24,626 nt of DNA. Origin: a virus (Duplodnaviria > Caudoviricetes). The position numbers and the translations under genes are program-made. The stretch spans positions 1 through 24,626 of IMG/VR virus record IMGVR_UViG_3300038809_000020; one strand, given 5' to 3'. Under the pieces are notes generated by a model. It was not told the DNA's origin. It saw only the letters and a program-made list of their open reading frames with translations, and searched no databases. Each line of letters starts with the position of its first letter. Position 1 is the stretch's first letter. This document shows positions 14,461 to 22,803 of the stretch, piece by piece.

Positions 14461-16136
14461 TGGCCGGCGAGGTCAAGGTCGCGGGCCCGAAACCGGACCG
14501 TGCCGGTGCCCCCCGCGCGCGGCGGCGCTCCTACGAGGCGGCGCAGCGCAGCCGCAACGGCGACACGTGGCTCGGCGCCGTCCGTTCGGCCGACGCGGAG
14601 CTCTACAACGAGGCTCGGACCCTGCGCGACAAGTCGCGCTGGCTCGTGCGCAACAACCCGTACGCCGCGAAGGCGACCGCGAGCCTCGTGTCGAACGTCG
14701 TCGGCGAGGGCATCGTGCCTCGGCCGGTCACCGGGTCGCCCTCTCGGGACCGCAAGATCTGGGAGGCCTTCCAGCGCTGGTCGTTTCGCTGCGATCACGC
14801 CGGGCAGCTCGACTTCTACGGCCTGCAGGCGCTGCTGTTCCGCGAGATGGTCGAGGGCGGCGACTCCCTGATCCGCCGCCGGTACGTGAAGAAGCGCGGC
14901 AAGGGGCACGTGCCGCTGGAGCTTCAGCTCCTCGAGGCCGACTTCCTCGACCCGATGCGCAACGGCGTCCTGCGCGAAGGCGGCCTGACGATCCAGGGCG
15001 TCGAGATCGACATGGCGAGCCAGAAGCGGCGCGCCTACTGGCTCTACCCCTACCACCCGGGGAACCTGCCGTACTTCTACGGCGGCGAGCCCATGATCTC
15101 CGCGCCCGTGCCGGCCGAGGAGGTCCTGCACGTCTACGAGCTGCAGCGGACCCAGACGCGCGGCGTCCCGTGGGGCACGCCGGCGATGGAGCCGACGAAC
15201 CTGCTTTCGGACTACGAGCTCGCCGAGAGCGTCCGGAAGAAGACCGAGGCGTGCGTCGTCGGCTTCGTGCTCGGCGCCGATGATGACGACGAGGACAATC
15301 TCGGCCTGCGGGTCCAGGACTCCGACGGACGCGAGGTCGAGCGCTTCGAGCCCGGCATGATCCCGCGGCTGCACGGCGCAAAGGACGTGAAGTTCAACGC
15401 GCCGACCGCGGTCGGCGGCTACGGCGAGTACAAGACGAAGCGCCTGCAGGAGATCGCGGCCGGCTGGCGGATGCCCGCCGAGCTGATCTCGGGCGACCTG
15501 TCCGAGGTGAATTTCTCCTCGATGCGGGGCGGCCTGGTCGAGTTTCGGCGCCTCGTCGGCACGATCCAGTGGCAGATCCTGATCCAGATGGCGCTCCAGC
15601 CGATCTGGGAATGGTGGTGCGAGGCCGCCTACCTCGCGGGCGTGATCGACCTTCCATACGTGCCGGTCGAGTGGTCGCCGCCCGAATTCGCCTGGGTCGA
15701 CCCGCTGGCCGACGCTCAGACCGCGGCCATCGAGGTCCGCAACGGTTTCCGCACCTGGCAGGACGTCGTGGCCGAGAAGGGGCGCAACCCCGACGACGTG
15801 CTCGACGGCATCCGCGCCTTCAACGTGAAGGTCGACGACCTTGGCATTATCCTCGACTCGGACCCGCGGCGCACCAACGCCAAGGGGGTCCAGCAACCGG
15901 AACAGGACGAGGACGCGGGCGAAGAGCCCGAGCTCTCCCGCCCGAACCGGGGCGCCGCCCGCGGCCGAAGGGATCGTGCAGCTTCCGCAGTTCGACCGCC
16001 TGGCGGCCGTGCGCGCGGAGAGCTTCGACGCGGACACCAACACCATCGAGATCGTCTGGACGACGGGCGCGAGCGTCCGTCGCTACGACTGGTGGGACGG
16101 GACCGAGTACGACGAGGTCCTATCGGTCGACCCTAA
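14460..16136 (+). CDS. Portal protein, lambda family (C-terminus overlaps protease gene)
   Basis: LR..SR.LVRNNPYA, DFYGLQ.L, LQLLEADFLD, Q.RGVPW, GDLSEVNFSS.R.G, WVDP motifs. Confidence 0.95.
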   Translation: MAGEVKVAGPKPDRAGAPRARRRSYEAAQRSRNGDTWLGAVRSADAELYNEARTLRDKSRWLVRNNPYAAKATASLVSNVVGEGIVPRPVTGSPSRDRKIWEAFQRWSFRCDHAGQLDFYGLQALLFREMVEGGDSLIRRRYVKKRGKGHVPLELQLLEADFLDPMRNGVLREGGLTIQGVEIDMASQKRRAYWLYPYHPGNLPYFYGGEPMISAPVPAEEVLHVYELQRTQTRGVPWGTPAMEPTNLLSDYELAESVRKKTEACVVGFVLGADDDDEDNLGLRVQDSDGREVERFEPGMIPRLHGAKDVKFNAPTAVGGYGEYKTKRLQEIAAGWRMPAELISGDLSEVNFSSMRGGLVEFRRLVGTIQWQILIQMALQPIWEWWCEAAYLAGVIDLPYVPVEWSPPEFAWVDPLADAQTAAIEVRNGFRTWQDVVAEKGRNPDDVLDGIRAFNVKVDDLGIILDSDPRRTNAKGVQQPEQDEDAGEEPELSRPNRGAARGRRDRAASAVRPPGGRARGELRRGHQHHRDRLDDGRERPSLRLVGRDRVRRGPIGRP

Positions 16137-17259
16137 AGCGATCCGGCTGGAGCGCCTGAACCTCGGCGCCCCATTCCTCGACAGCCACTGCTCCTACGGC
16201 TGCGACAATGTCATCGGCGCTGTCGTGCCCGGCTCGGCCAAAATCGAGGACGGCCGCGGGCTCGCCCGCATCCAGCTGTCGAAGGCGCCGGGTGTCGCCG
16301 ACACGGTCCAGAAGATCCGCGAAGGCGTCATCCGCAACGTCAGCGTCGGCTACTGGGTCCACAAGGTCGAGAAGACCGAGGCCGACGACGGCACGGTCGC
16401 TCGCTGGGACGTCGTGGATTGGGAGCCGCTGGAGATCTCCGCGGTCCCAATCCCGGCCGACGCCGCCTCTCAGATCCGTTCCGACCAGGCTGAAGGCGAC
16501 GGCCCGAAGCTCCGCGCCTGCCTGGTCGTCACCCGCAACCCGGCCTCCGGGCCGCCCCCGAAGGCCCGAGGAGACAAGTCCATGGCCGGAAAGACCACCA
16601 AGCCGAAGTCCCAGCGCGCCAAGACCCCGGCCGAGCTCGAGGCCGAGAAGAAGCGCCTCGCCGCGGCCCGCAGCGCCGCCGCCCGTAAGGCGGCCGCCCG
16701 GGCCGCGCGCGAGGACGAGTCCGACACCGAAGAGGACGCGGACGGCGATGCCGAGCGCGACGAGGACCAGGACGAGGAGCGCGATGGCGACGACGGCGAG
16801 GATGGCGACGCCGGTTCGGACGATGAGCGCGACGGCGGCGACGATGACGCCGAGGACGACGAGGATCGTGACGGCGACGACGACGAGGACGACGGAGAAG
16901 GCGAGCGCGCCGCGCCGAAGCCCGGCAAGCGCAAGGCCCTGACCGCCGCCGAGGTCCGCAAGGCGGCCGAGGTCGCGGTGCGGGCCGATCGTGTCCGCGG
17001 CGCCAAGATCCGCGAGATCGCCAAGCAGTTCGGCTTCCCGAACCTCGGCGAGCGCCACGCCAACGGCGAGACCTCGGTGCGTGCCTTCAAGGATCTCGTG
17101 CTGGAGCGCCTGGCCGAGCGCCAGAAGAAGCGCGGCAACACCACCTTCGCGGCCGCCTCGGCGGCCGGCGTGGGCGAGGAGTACCGCGGCGCGGTGCCGG
17201 CCGCGCGGGACTTCGACAAGGGTGCCGCCGAGGCGCGCGCCCTGCTCGGCAAGAAGTAA
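15841..17259 (+). CDS. HK97-type prohead protease fused to an acidic scaffold region (start uncertain: TTG 15841 or GTG 15976)
   Basis: PFLDSH, IRNVSVGY, WEPLEISAVPIPAD catalytic motifs; D/E-rich C-terminal half. Confidence 0.9.
   Translation: MALSSTRTRGAPTPRGSSNRNRTRTRAKSPSSPARTGAPPAAEGIVQLPQFDRLAAVRAESFDADTNTIEIVWTTGASVRRYDWWDGTEYDEVLSVDPKAIRLERLNLGAPFLDSHCSYGCDNVIGAVVPGSAKIEDGRGLARIQLSKAPGVADTVQKIREGVIRNVSVGYWVHKVEKTEADDGTVARWDVVDWEPLEISAVPIPADAASQIRSDQAEGDGPKLRACLVVTRNPASGPPPKARGDKSMAGKTTKPKSQRAKTPAELEAEKKRLAAARSAAARKAAARAAREDESDTEEDADGDAERDEDQDEERDGDDGEDGDAGSDDERDGGDDDAEDDEDRDGDDDEDDGEGERAAPKPGKRKALTAAEVRKAAEVAVRADRVRGAKIREIAKQFGFPNLGERHANGETSVRAFKDLVLERLAERQKKRGNTTFAAASAAGVGEEYRGAVPAARDFDKGAAEARALLGKK
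16582..17259 (+). CDS. Nested in-frame scaffold protein (lambda Nu3-like internal start)
   Basis: GAGGAG at 16568-16573, 8 nt before in-frame ATG 16582, right after the protease domain. Confidence 0.6.
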   Translation: MAGKTTKPKSQRAKTPAELEAEKKRLAAARSAAARKAAARAAREDESDTEEDADGDAERDEDQDEERDGDDGEDGDAGSDDERDGGDDDAEDDEDRDGDDDEDDGEGERAAPKPGKRKALTAAEVRKAAEVAVRADRVRGAKIREIAKQFGFPNLGERHANGETSVRAFKDLVLERLAERQKKRGNTTFAAASAAGVGEEYRGAVPAARDFDKGAAEARALLGKK

Positions 17260-17295
17260 TCGGCGCCCACAGCGCACAGCGAAGGATCACCCGCG

Positions 17296-17688
17296 ATGGG
17301 CACCAGCAACGTTTTCGCCTCCTACGATCCGACGGCGCTCTTCGCGGGCGCCCTCCCGATCCGCCACCGCCCGGTGACGGTCGCCAGCGGCTCGAACGCC
17401 GCGGGCACCGTCCTGCCGCGCGGCACCCTGCTCGGCCGCGTCACCGCGACCGACAAGTACATCCCCTGCGTGAAGACGGCCAACGACGGATCGCAGGTGC
17501 CGGCGGCAGTGCTCGCCGCCGACCTCGACGCCTCGGCGGCTGACGCCGTCGGGCCCGCCTATGACGAGGGCGAGTTCGCCGCCGAGAAGCTGTTCCTCGA
17601 CGTGAGCTGGACGATCCAGACCCTGCAGGCCGCCCTGCGGCAGGCGAGCTCCCGGATCTACGCCCGCACCGTTGGCGTCCTCGGCTGA
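17296..17688 (+). CDS. Head decoration protein (lambda gpD-like)
   Basis: LPRGTLLGRVTATDKY...A.DGSQ.P.AVLA...Y..GEF; precedes capsid. Confidence 0.9.
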   Translation: MGTSNVFASYDPTALFAGALPIRHRPVTVASGSNAAGTVLPRGTLLGRVTATDKYIPCVKTANDGSQVPAAVLAADLDASAADAVGPAYDEGEFAAEKLFLDVSWTIQTLQAALRQASSRIYARTVGVLG

Positions 17689-17716
17689 TCCGCTTCCACC
17701 CATCCCGGTAGATCGC

Positions 17717-17744
17717 AGGGCCCCGTCGCGGGCCCTTTTCTTTT
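17717..17744 (+). terminator. Terminator-like hairpin before the major capsid gene
   Basis: AGGGCCC-CGTCGC-GGGCCCT then TTTCTTTT. Confidence 0.65.
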
Positions 17745-17757
17745 GGAGCCCGCGATC

Positions 17758-18798
17758 ATGGCGATCGACTACAATTCCACTGCCCAGCTGCTCGGCGCCT
17801 TCGGCGTCCTGGACAAGGCCAAGCCCGTCCTCCTGAACCTGTTCTTCACGATGGAGCAGGTGTTCGATACCGAGGAGGTGTACTTCGACAAGGTGCAGCG
17901 CGCCCGGCGCTTGGCCCCCTTCGTGGTGCCGACCGTCGAGGGCAAGCCGCAGCGCTCGCGCGGCTACACCACGATGGGCTTCCGTCCGCCCTACGTGAAG
18001 CCGCTCCACATGATCGAGCCGCAGAAGATGCTGAAGCGCCGCGTCGGCGAGCAGCTGCTCGGCAACATGACCCCGACCCAGCGGTTCGAGCTCGCGCTCT
18101 ACGACAACATGCTGATCGAGGACGACGAGATCACTCGGACCGAGGAGTGGATGGCCGCGCAGCTGCTGCTCAACGGCGCCATGACCTGCCAGGGCGAGGA
18201 TCACCCGCCGGTGCTGGTCGACCTCAACCGGAACGCTGCCCATACCGTGGCGCTGACCGGCGCGCTGCGCTGGAACCAGACGGGCGTCGACCCGTACCAG
18301 AACATGCGCACCTGGGCGAAGACGGTGCAGCGGAATTCCGGCTTCCACCCGGGTGTGGTCGTGTTCGACCCGCTGGCGGCCGACTACTTCCTCAACAGCC
18401 CGGGCGTCACCCGGGTGATGAACACCTATCGGCAGACCTCCGGTAACGTCGACCTCGCCGGCAAGGTGACCGGCGGCGGCCTCGGAGAGGAGGTGAAGTA
18501 CCTCGGCTCGATCGGCGAGTTCGACTGCTTCCAGTACCAGCAGCTCTATACGGATGCCGCCGGCAACGTGCAGCAGTTCATGCCCGACAACACGGTGATC
18601 ATGGGCAACACGGTCGGCTGTCAGGGCATCCGCACCTACGGCGCGATCATGGACGCCGACGCCGGCCTCGCCCCGCTCGCCCGCTTCCCGAGCGTGTGGA
18701 AGGAGAAGAACCCCTCCGCGTGGTTCTCGATGATGCAGTCGGCGCCGCTGCCGCTGCTCGGCTGGGTCGACGCGACCTTCTCCGCGACCGTCGCCTGA
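17758..18798 (+). CDS. Major capsid protein (lambda gpE family)
   Basis: RRLAPFV.P.V.G, F.PPYVKP, EEWMAAQ.L..G, QSAPLP motifs; GGAG RBS. Confidence 0.95.
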   Translation: MAIDYNSTAQLLGAFGVLDKAKPVLLNLFFTMEQVFDTEEVYFDKVQRARRLAPFVVPTVEGKPQRSRGYTTMGFRPPYVKPLHMIEPQKMLKRRVGEQLLGNMTPTQRFELALYDNMLIEDDEITRTEEWMAAQLLLNGAMTCQGEDHPPVLVDLNRNAAHTVALTGALRWNQTGVDPYQNMRTWAKTVQRNSGFHPGVVVFDPLAADYFLNSPGVTRVMNTYRQTSGNVDLAGKVTGGGLGEEVKYLGSIGEFDCFQYQQLYTDAAGNVQQFMPDNTVIMGNTVGCQGIRTYGAIMDADAGLAPLARFPSVWKEKNPSAWFSMMQSAPLPLLGWVDATFSATVA

Positions 18799-18878
18799 CG
18801 CCGCCGCGTCCCTGATCCGGCGGCGCCCCTAACGGCGCCGCCTCGTCCGCAACCCTGAGATCGCGAGGGCCTCGACCC

Positions 18879-19118
18879 ATGGCCACCAAGAAGATCGTCA
18901 CCAACGTGACGCTGCACATCCCAGCGAAGGGGCACACGCCCTTCGAGTTCGACGCCTTCTCGAACCGCATCGGCGGAAAGTACGCCATCGACGAGGTCCC
19001 GCCCGGTTCGGTGGTCGAGCTCGACGCCGACGAGGCGGACGCGCTGATCGCCGCCGAGCGCGCGACCGCCTTCGAGGAGAAGGCCGCACCGGCGGCCGAG
19101 AAGTCGACCGCGAAGTAA
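18879..19118 (+). CDS. Small head-associated protein (gpFI position)
   Basis: 79 aa after capsid; PG..VEL...EA..L. Confidence 0.7.
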   Translation: MATKKIVTNVTLHIPAKGHTPFEFDAFSNRIGGKYAIDEVPPGSVVELDADEADALIAAERATAFEEKAAPAAEKSTAK

Positions 19119-19124
19119 GCCCGC

Positions 19125-19478
19125 GTGATCGACTTCGCCGCCCTCGCGCTCGGGCCCGGGATCACTGCGTTCGGGCGCCCGGTCACGGTGACGCCGCTGG
19201 CATCGTCGCCGACCCGCCTGCCCTTCAACGCCAGTGGCGTGTGGGCGGTGAAGAACACCAGCATCGCGCTCGAAGGCGATCAGAGCCTGAACACGACGGT
19301 GCTGACGCTCGGGATCCGCCTCTCGGACTGGACGTACGAGCCCGAGCAGCTCGCCCTCGTGCGCATCCCCGCCGCCGGCTTCTATCCGGACGAGGGCACC
19401 CTCTGGATCGACGACATCGACCCGGACGGCCAGGGCGGGGCTACCCTGACCCTGAAGCGTGGACAGCCGCCGGAGTAG
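19125..19478 (+). CDS. Head-tail joining protein (gpFII-like)
   Basis: MIDF..L.....FG.PV and D..PDGQGG..L.L; position after capsid. Confidence 0.75.
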   Translation: MIDFAALALGPGITAFGRPVTVTPLASSPTRLPFNASGVWAVKNTSIALEGDQSLNTTVLTLGIRLSDWTYEPEQLALVRIPAAGFYPDEGTLWIDDIDPDGQGGATLTLKRGQPPE

Positions 19479-19480
19479 TG

Positions 19481-20071
19481 ATGCCGTCTCCGTCGACGCA
19501 GATCCGCGACGCCATCGTCGCGCGTCTCACCGGTCAGGACTGGCTGGCGGTCAAGGCCATCCGAAAGCAGCCGCGGCCGCAGATCCAGCCCAATCAACTG
19601 CCCGCCCTCCTGGTGGTCCTCGTCGACGAGCTGGAGACGCCGGAGGACGAGGCCAACACCGGGCCGCCGCGCTTCATCAGCGAGGTGACGATCGGCATCT
19701 CGGTGGTGATCGGGCATCAGCCGCCCGAGCAGCTCGACGCCGATCTCGACGACATCGTGGCTCGGATCCGCTCGCATCTCCTGACCGACCCGACGTTTGT
19801 GCGCGGGGTCGACCCGGGCAAGGATCTCGACGATCCGGAGCGCTCCCCGCTGTTCGAGGCGGTGAGCAAGGTCCGCCGCGGCCGCGTCTTCCCGCAGGAC
19901 GGGGAGACGTACTTCGCTGAAGGCCGGCTGGAGATCACCTTCCTGGCCCGCACGAACTACGAGCCGGTGATCCCGGACGTGCTGGAGCATGTCGTCATCA
20001 CCGCCCGTCCGGCCGGCGTCGGCCCGGGCACGCCCTCGATCGGGCTCTCGATCGACATCCCCACGACCTGA
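19481..20071 (+). CDS. Tail terminator/completion protein (gpU-like)
   Basis: IRDAIVARL...LPALLV...DE...LDADLDD pattern; position before sheath. Confidence 0.7.
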   Translation: MPSPSTQIRDAIVARLTGQDWLAVKAIRKQPRPQIQPNQLPALLVVLVDELETPEDEANTGPPRFISEVTIGISVVIGHQPPEQLDADLDDIVARIRSHLLTDPTFVRGVDPGKDLDDPERSPLFEAVSKVRRGRVFPQDGETYFAEGRLEITFLARTNYEPVIPDVLEHVVITARPAGVGPGTPSIGLSIDIPTT

Positions 20072-20106
20072 GCCGGCCCGCGCCGCTCTCATCCCGAGGA
20101 CTAGCC

Positions 20107-20370
20107 ATGGCCGGTGAAACCACGGTCGCCGTCGAGGCGACCGAGGCACGCTTCCGCGTGCTCAAGCACTTCCCGTCGCAGACCGGCTTCGAGGCGGATG
20201 GCACCGCCCGCTGGCCGGCCGACCAGTTCACGTTCGCGCTCGCCCGGGACGGCACGATCCGCCTCCTGGAGGAGCTGCACGACAGCGGCGCCCCGGTCCC
20301 GCAGGCCTCCACCTCCGCCAAGCCCGCCACCTCGTCCGCGAGCGCCGCAGCGCCCGCCGCCGCTTCCTAA
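20107..20370 (+). CDS. Small hypothetical protein preceding sheath
   Basis: GAGGA RBS; WPADQFT....RDG.I motif. Confidence 0.7.
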   Translation: MAGETTVAVEATEARFRVLKHFPSQTGFEADGTARWPADQFTFALARDGTIRLLEELHDSGAPVPQASTSAKPATSSASAAAPAAAS

Positions 20371-20382
20371 GGAGACGCCGCG

Positions 20383-21906
20383 ATGGGCATCACCACTATC
20401 CCGGACAACTACAAGCTCCCGGGCCCCAACGTTCAGATGGATCCCTCGCAGGCCGGGACGCCGGTCTCGCCGAAGTGGATCCTGCTCGTCGGGCACGCGA
20501 TCGCCGCCGGCAGCGCGAAGCCCAACGTGGCCGTCGCCTGCGGCACGAACAACGACGCCGACGCGCAGTTCGGCGCCGGCTCCATGCTCGCGCGTATGTT
20601 CAAGACCGCCTTCAAGGGCGTGACCAGCGTGCCGATCATCTGCCTGCCGGTGCCGGAGCCGGCCGCCGGCGTCGCGGCCACCGGCACGATCACGGTGGCC
20701 GCCGCTCCGACCGTCGCGGGCACGCTCGCGCTGTACATCGCCGGCCAGCTCGTCCCCGTGGCGATCGTCTCGGCCGACACGACCGCGACCGTGGCCGCCA
20801 AGATCGCGGCCGCGATCACCGCGACCCCCGACTTGCCGGTCACCGCCACCGCGGCGGCGGCCGTCGTCACCCTGACGTGCAAGTGGAAGGGGCTGACCGG
20901 CAACGGCGTCACCGTGCTCGACAGCTATCGCGGCACCTATGGCGGGGAAGCCCTCCCGGCCGGCCTCGCGCTGACCTATCCGACCGGCAACCTGCTTTCA
21001 GGTGGCACCGGCACCCCCGACTTCACCAACGCGATCGCCGCGCTGCTCGACCGGCCGTTCAAGTTCGTCGGCCTGCCGTTCCACGACAGCGGCTCCTACG
21101 CGGTGTGGGACCAGGAATACGGCTTCACCGACTCTGGACGCTGGGGCCCGTACCGCCAGAGCTACGGCCAGATCTTCTCGGCGCGGCGCGGCACCTACGC
21201 CGACACGTTCCTGTGGGGGCAGTCGAACAACTCGGCGCTGATCTCCACCATGGGCTTCGAGGTGCAGAGCCCGAGCCCGGGCTGGGAGTGGACGGCGGCC
21301 TATACCGCGGCGGCCGCGTTCTCGATCAACGCCTACGCGGCGCAGCCCCTCCAGACCCTGCCGCTGATCGGGGTGCTGCCGGCGCCGGCGGACTACCGCT
21401 GGAACAAGGCGCAGCTCAACTCGCTCGCGCAGGTCGGCATCGCCATCCAGGGCACCGACGTCTACGGCGGCTCGACGAACCAGCCGATCATCCTGCGCGA
21501 GCAGACGAACTACCAAAAGAACGCCTACGGACAGGCCGACAACGCCTATGAGGTGGTGACCACGCTCGCCACCCTCGACGAGCGCTACACCCGCGTCCGG
21601 CAGTCGCTGACGAACAAGTTTCCGCGCCACGCGCTGGCCAACGACGGGACCAAGTTCGGGACCGGCAAGGCGATCGTCACGCCCCTGATGATCAAGGGTC
21701 AGATGGTCGCCGACTACCGAGCGATGGAGCTCGACGGCCTGGTCGAGAACGCGGACCTGTACATCGCCAACCTCTCGGTCACGCGCTCGGCGACCGAGTC
21801 GAACACCGTCGAGATCCTGGATCCGCCGGATGTCGTGAACCAGCTGCGGCGGCTCAACATCAAGGCGCAGTTCCGCCTGCAATTCCCGCTGGCCGCCGCG
21901 GCCTGA
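20383..21906 (+). CDS. Contractile tail sheath protein (Mu gpL-like)
   Basis: FGAGSMLARM, G.AATGTIT, VVTLT.KWKG..GN, YQKNAYG..DN.Y, KFPRH.LA.DGT, PPDVVNQLR. Confidence 0.95.
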   Translation: MGITTIPDNYKLPGPNVQMDPSQAGTPVSPKWILLVGHAIAAGSAKPNVAVACGTNNDADAQFGAGSMLARMFKTAFKGVTSVPIICLPVPEPAAGVAATGTITVAAAPTVAGTLALYIAGQLVPVAIVSADTTATVAAKIAAAITATPDLPVTATAAAAVVTLTCKWKGLTGNGVTVLDSYRGTYGGEALPAGLALTYPTGNLLSGGTGTPDFTNAIAALLDRPFKFVGLPFHDSGSYAVWDQEYGFTDSGRWGPYRQSYGQIFSARRGTYADTFLWGQSNNSALISTMGFEVQSPSPGWEWTAAYTAAAAFSINAYAAQPLQTLPLIGVLPAPADYRWNKAQLNSLAQVGIAIQGTDVYGGSTNQPIILREQTNYQKNAYGQADNAYEVVTTLATLDERYTRVRQSLTNKFPRHALANDGTKFGTGKAIVTPLMIKGQMVADYRAMELDGLVENADLYIANLSVTRSATESNTVEILDPPDVVNQLRRLNIKAQFRLQFPLAAAA

Positions 21907-21934
21907 TCGGCCCTCCACCCATCCCTGCCATCTG

Positions 21935-21962
21935 ACCCGTCCTTCGTGGCGGGTTTTTCTTT
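21935..21962 (+). terminator. Terminator-like hairpin before the tail tube gene
   Basis: ACCCG(T)CC-TTCGT-GGCGGGT then TTTTCTTT. Confidence 0.6.
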
Positions 21963-21974
21963 GGAGGCCCGACC

Positions 21975-22334
21975 ATGGGTCAGAGGTTCGCCGGTACCGC
22001 CTACCTGACGGCGGGCGGCAAGATGTATGACCTGCGCGGCGGTCTCATCGTCTCGCCTTCGCGGATCAAGCGCGAGTCCGTGGCTGGGCAGGACGGCGTG
22101 CACGGCTTCATCGAGACGCAGCTCGTGCCGTTCATCAAGGCCGACCTGTCGACCACAGATGGCCTGTCCGTCGCGGAACTCGACGCGATGACGGACATCA
22201 CGGTCACCGCCCAGCTCGCCAACGGAAAGAACTACATCCTGTCCGGTGCGTGGTCGGCCGGGGCGCACGAGATCGGCACCGCCGACGGCAAGGTCGCCGT
22301 CGAGTGGCGCGGCCTTTCCTGCGACGAGCTGTGA
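21975..22334 (+). CDS. Tail tube protein (Mu gpM-like)
   Basis: RFAGTAY...G, RESVAGQDGVHGF.E....PFI, TVTAQLANGK.Y.L..AW. Confidence 0.92.
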   Translation: MGQRFAGTAYLTAGGKMYDLRGGLIVSPSRIKRESVAGQDGVHGFIETQLVPFIKADLSTTDGLSVAELDAMTDITVTAQLANGKNYILSGAWSAGAHEIGTADGKVAVEWRGLSCDEL

Positions 22335-22339
22335 GCGCG

Positions 22340-22672
22340 ATGATGACCGACACCGTGCCCCCCTCCCGCGACCCGCGCGAGATCAGCTGGCCGCTCGAGC
22401 ATCCACTCGCCAAGCCCATCGTCGTCGGACAGGACACGCTGCAGGTGCTGATCCTGCGCGAGCCCACCGGTGAGGAGGTCCTCAAGTTCGGCCTCCTCGA
22501 AGGGCTGTCGGCCGACCAGTTCTTCCCGCTGGTCGCCAGCCTCTCGGCGACGCCGCCCCCGGTGCTGATGAAGATCGGCGCCCGTGACATCCTGCAGCTG
22601 GGGACCATCCTCAGCCGTTTTTTCGTGTGGGCGGCCCAGCCGCCGATGCCGTCGACGACTGCCTTCGCCTAG
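22340..22672 (+). CDS. Tail assembly chaperone (start ATG 22340 or GTG 22331)
   Basis: L.HP......L.LREPTG...A.D motif; lies between tube and tape measure. Confidence 0.85.
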   Translation: MMTDTVPPSRDPREISWPLEHPLAKPIVVGQDTLQVLILREPTGEEVLKFGLLEGLSADQFFPLVASLSATPPPVLMKIGARDILQLGTILSRFFVWAAQPPMPSTTAFA

Positions 22673-22803
22673 GCCTCGCGTTCCACGCGTGGCCGTTCCG
22701 CGATCCGCCGGCCGCGATGCCGGCGGCGACCGTGACCCACCTGATGGCCCGCACCCTGGCGCTGATGCCGCGCCCCGCTCCACGCGAGGACGAGGATGGC
22801 TGA
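22618..22803 (+). CDS. -1 frameshift extension of the chaperone (G-T / gpE+E'-type)
   Basis: Slippery T TTT TTC at 22618-22624; -1 frame open to TGA 22801-22803, overlapping the tape measure start. Confidence 0.75.
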   Translation, partial: FFRVGGPAADAVDDCLRLGLAFHAWPFRDPPAAMPAATVTHLMARTLALMPRPAPREDEDG

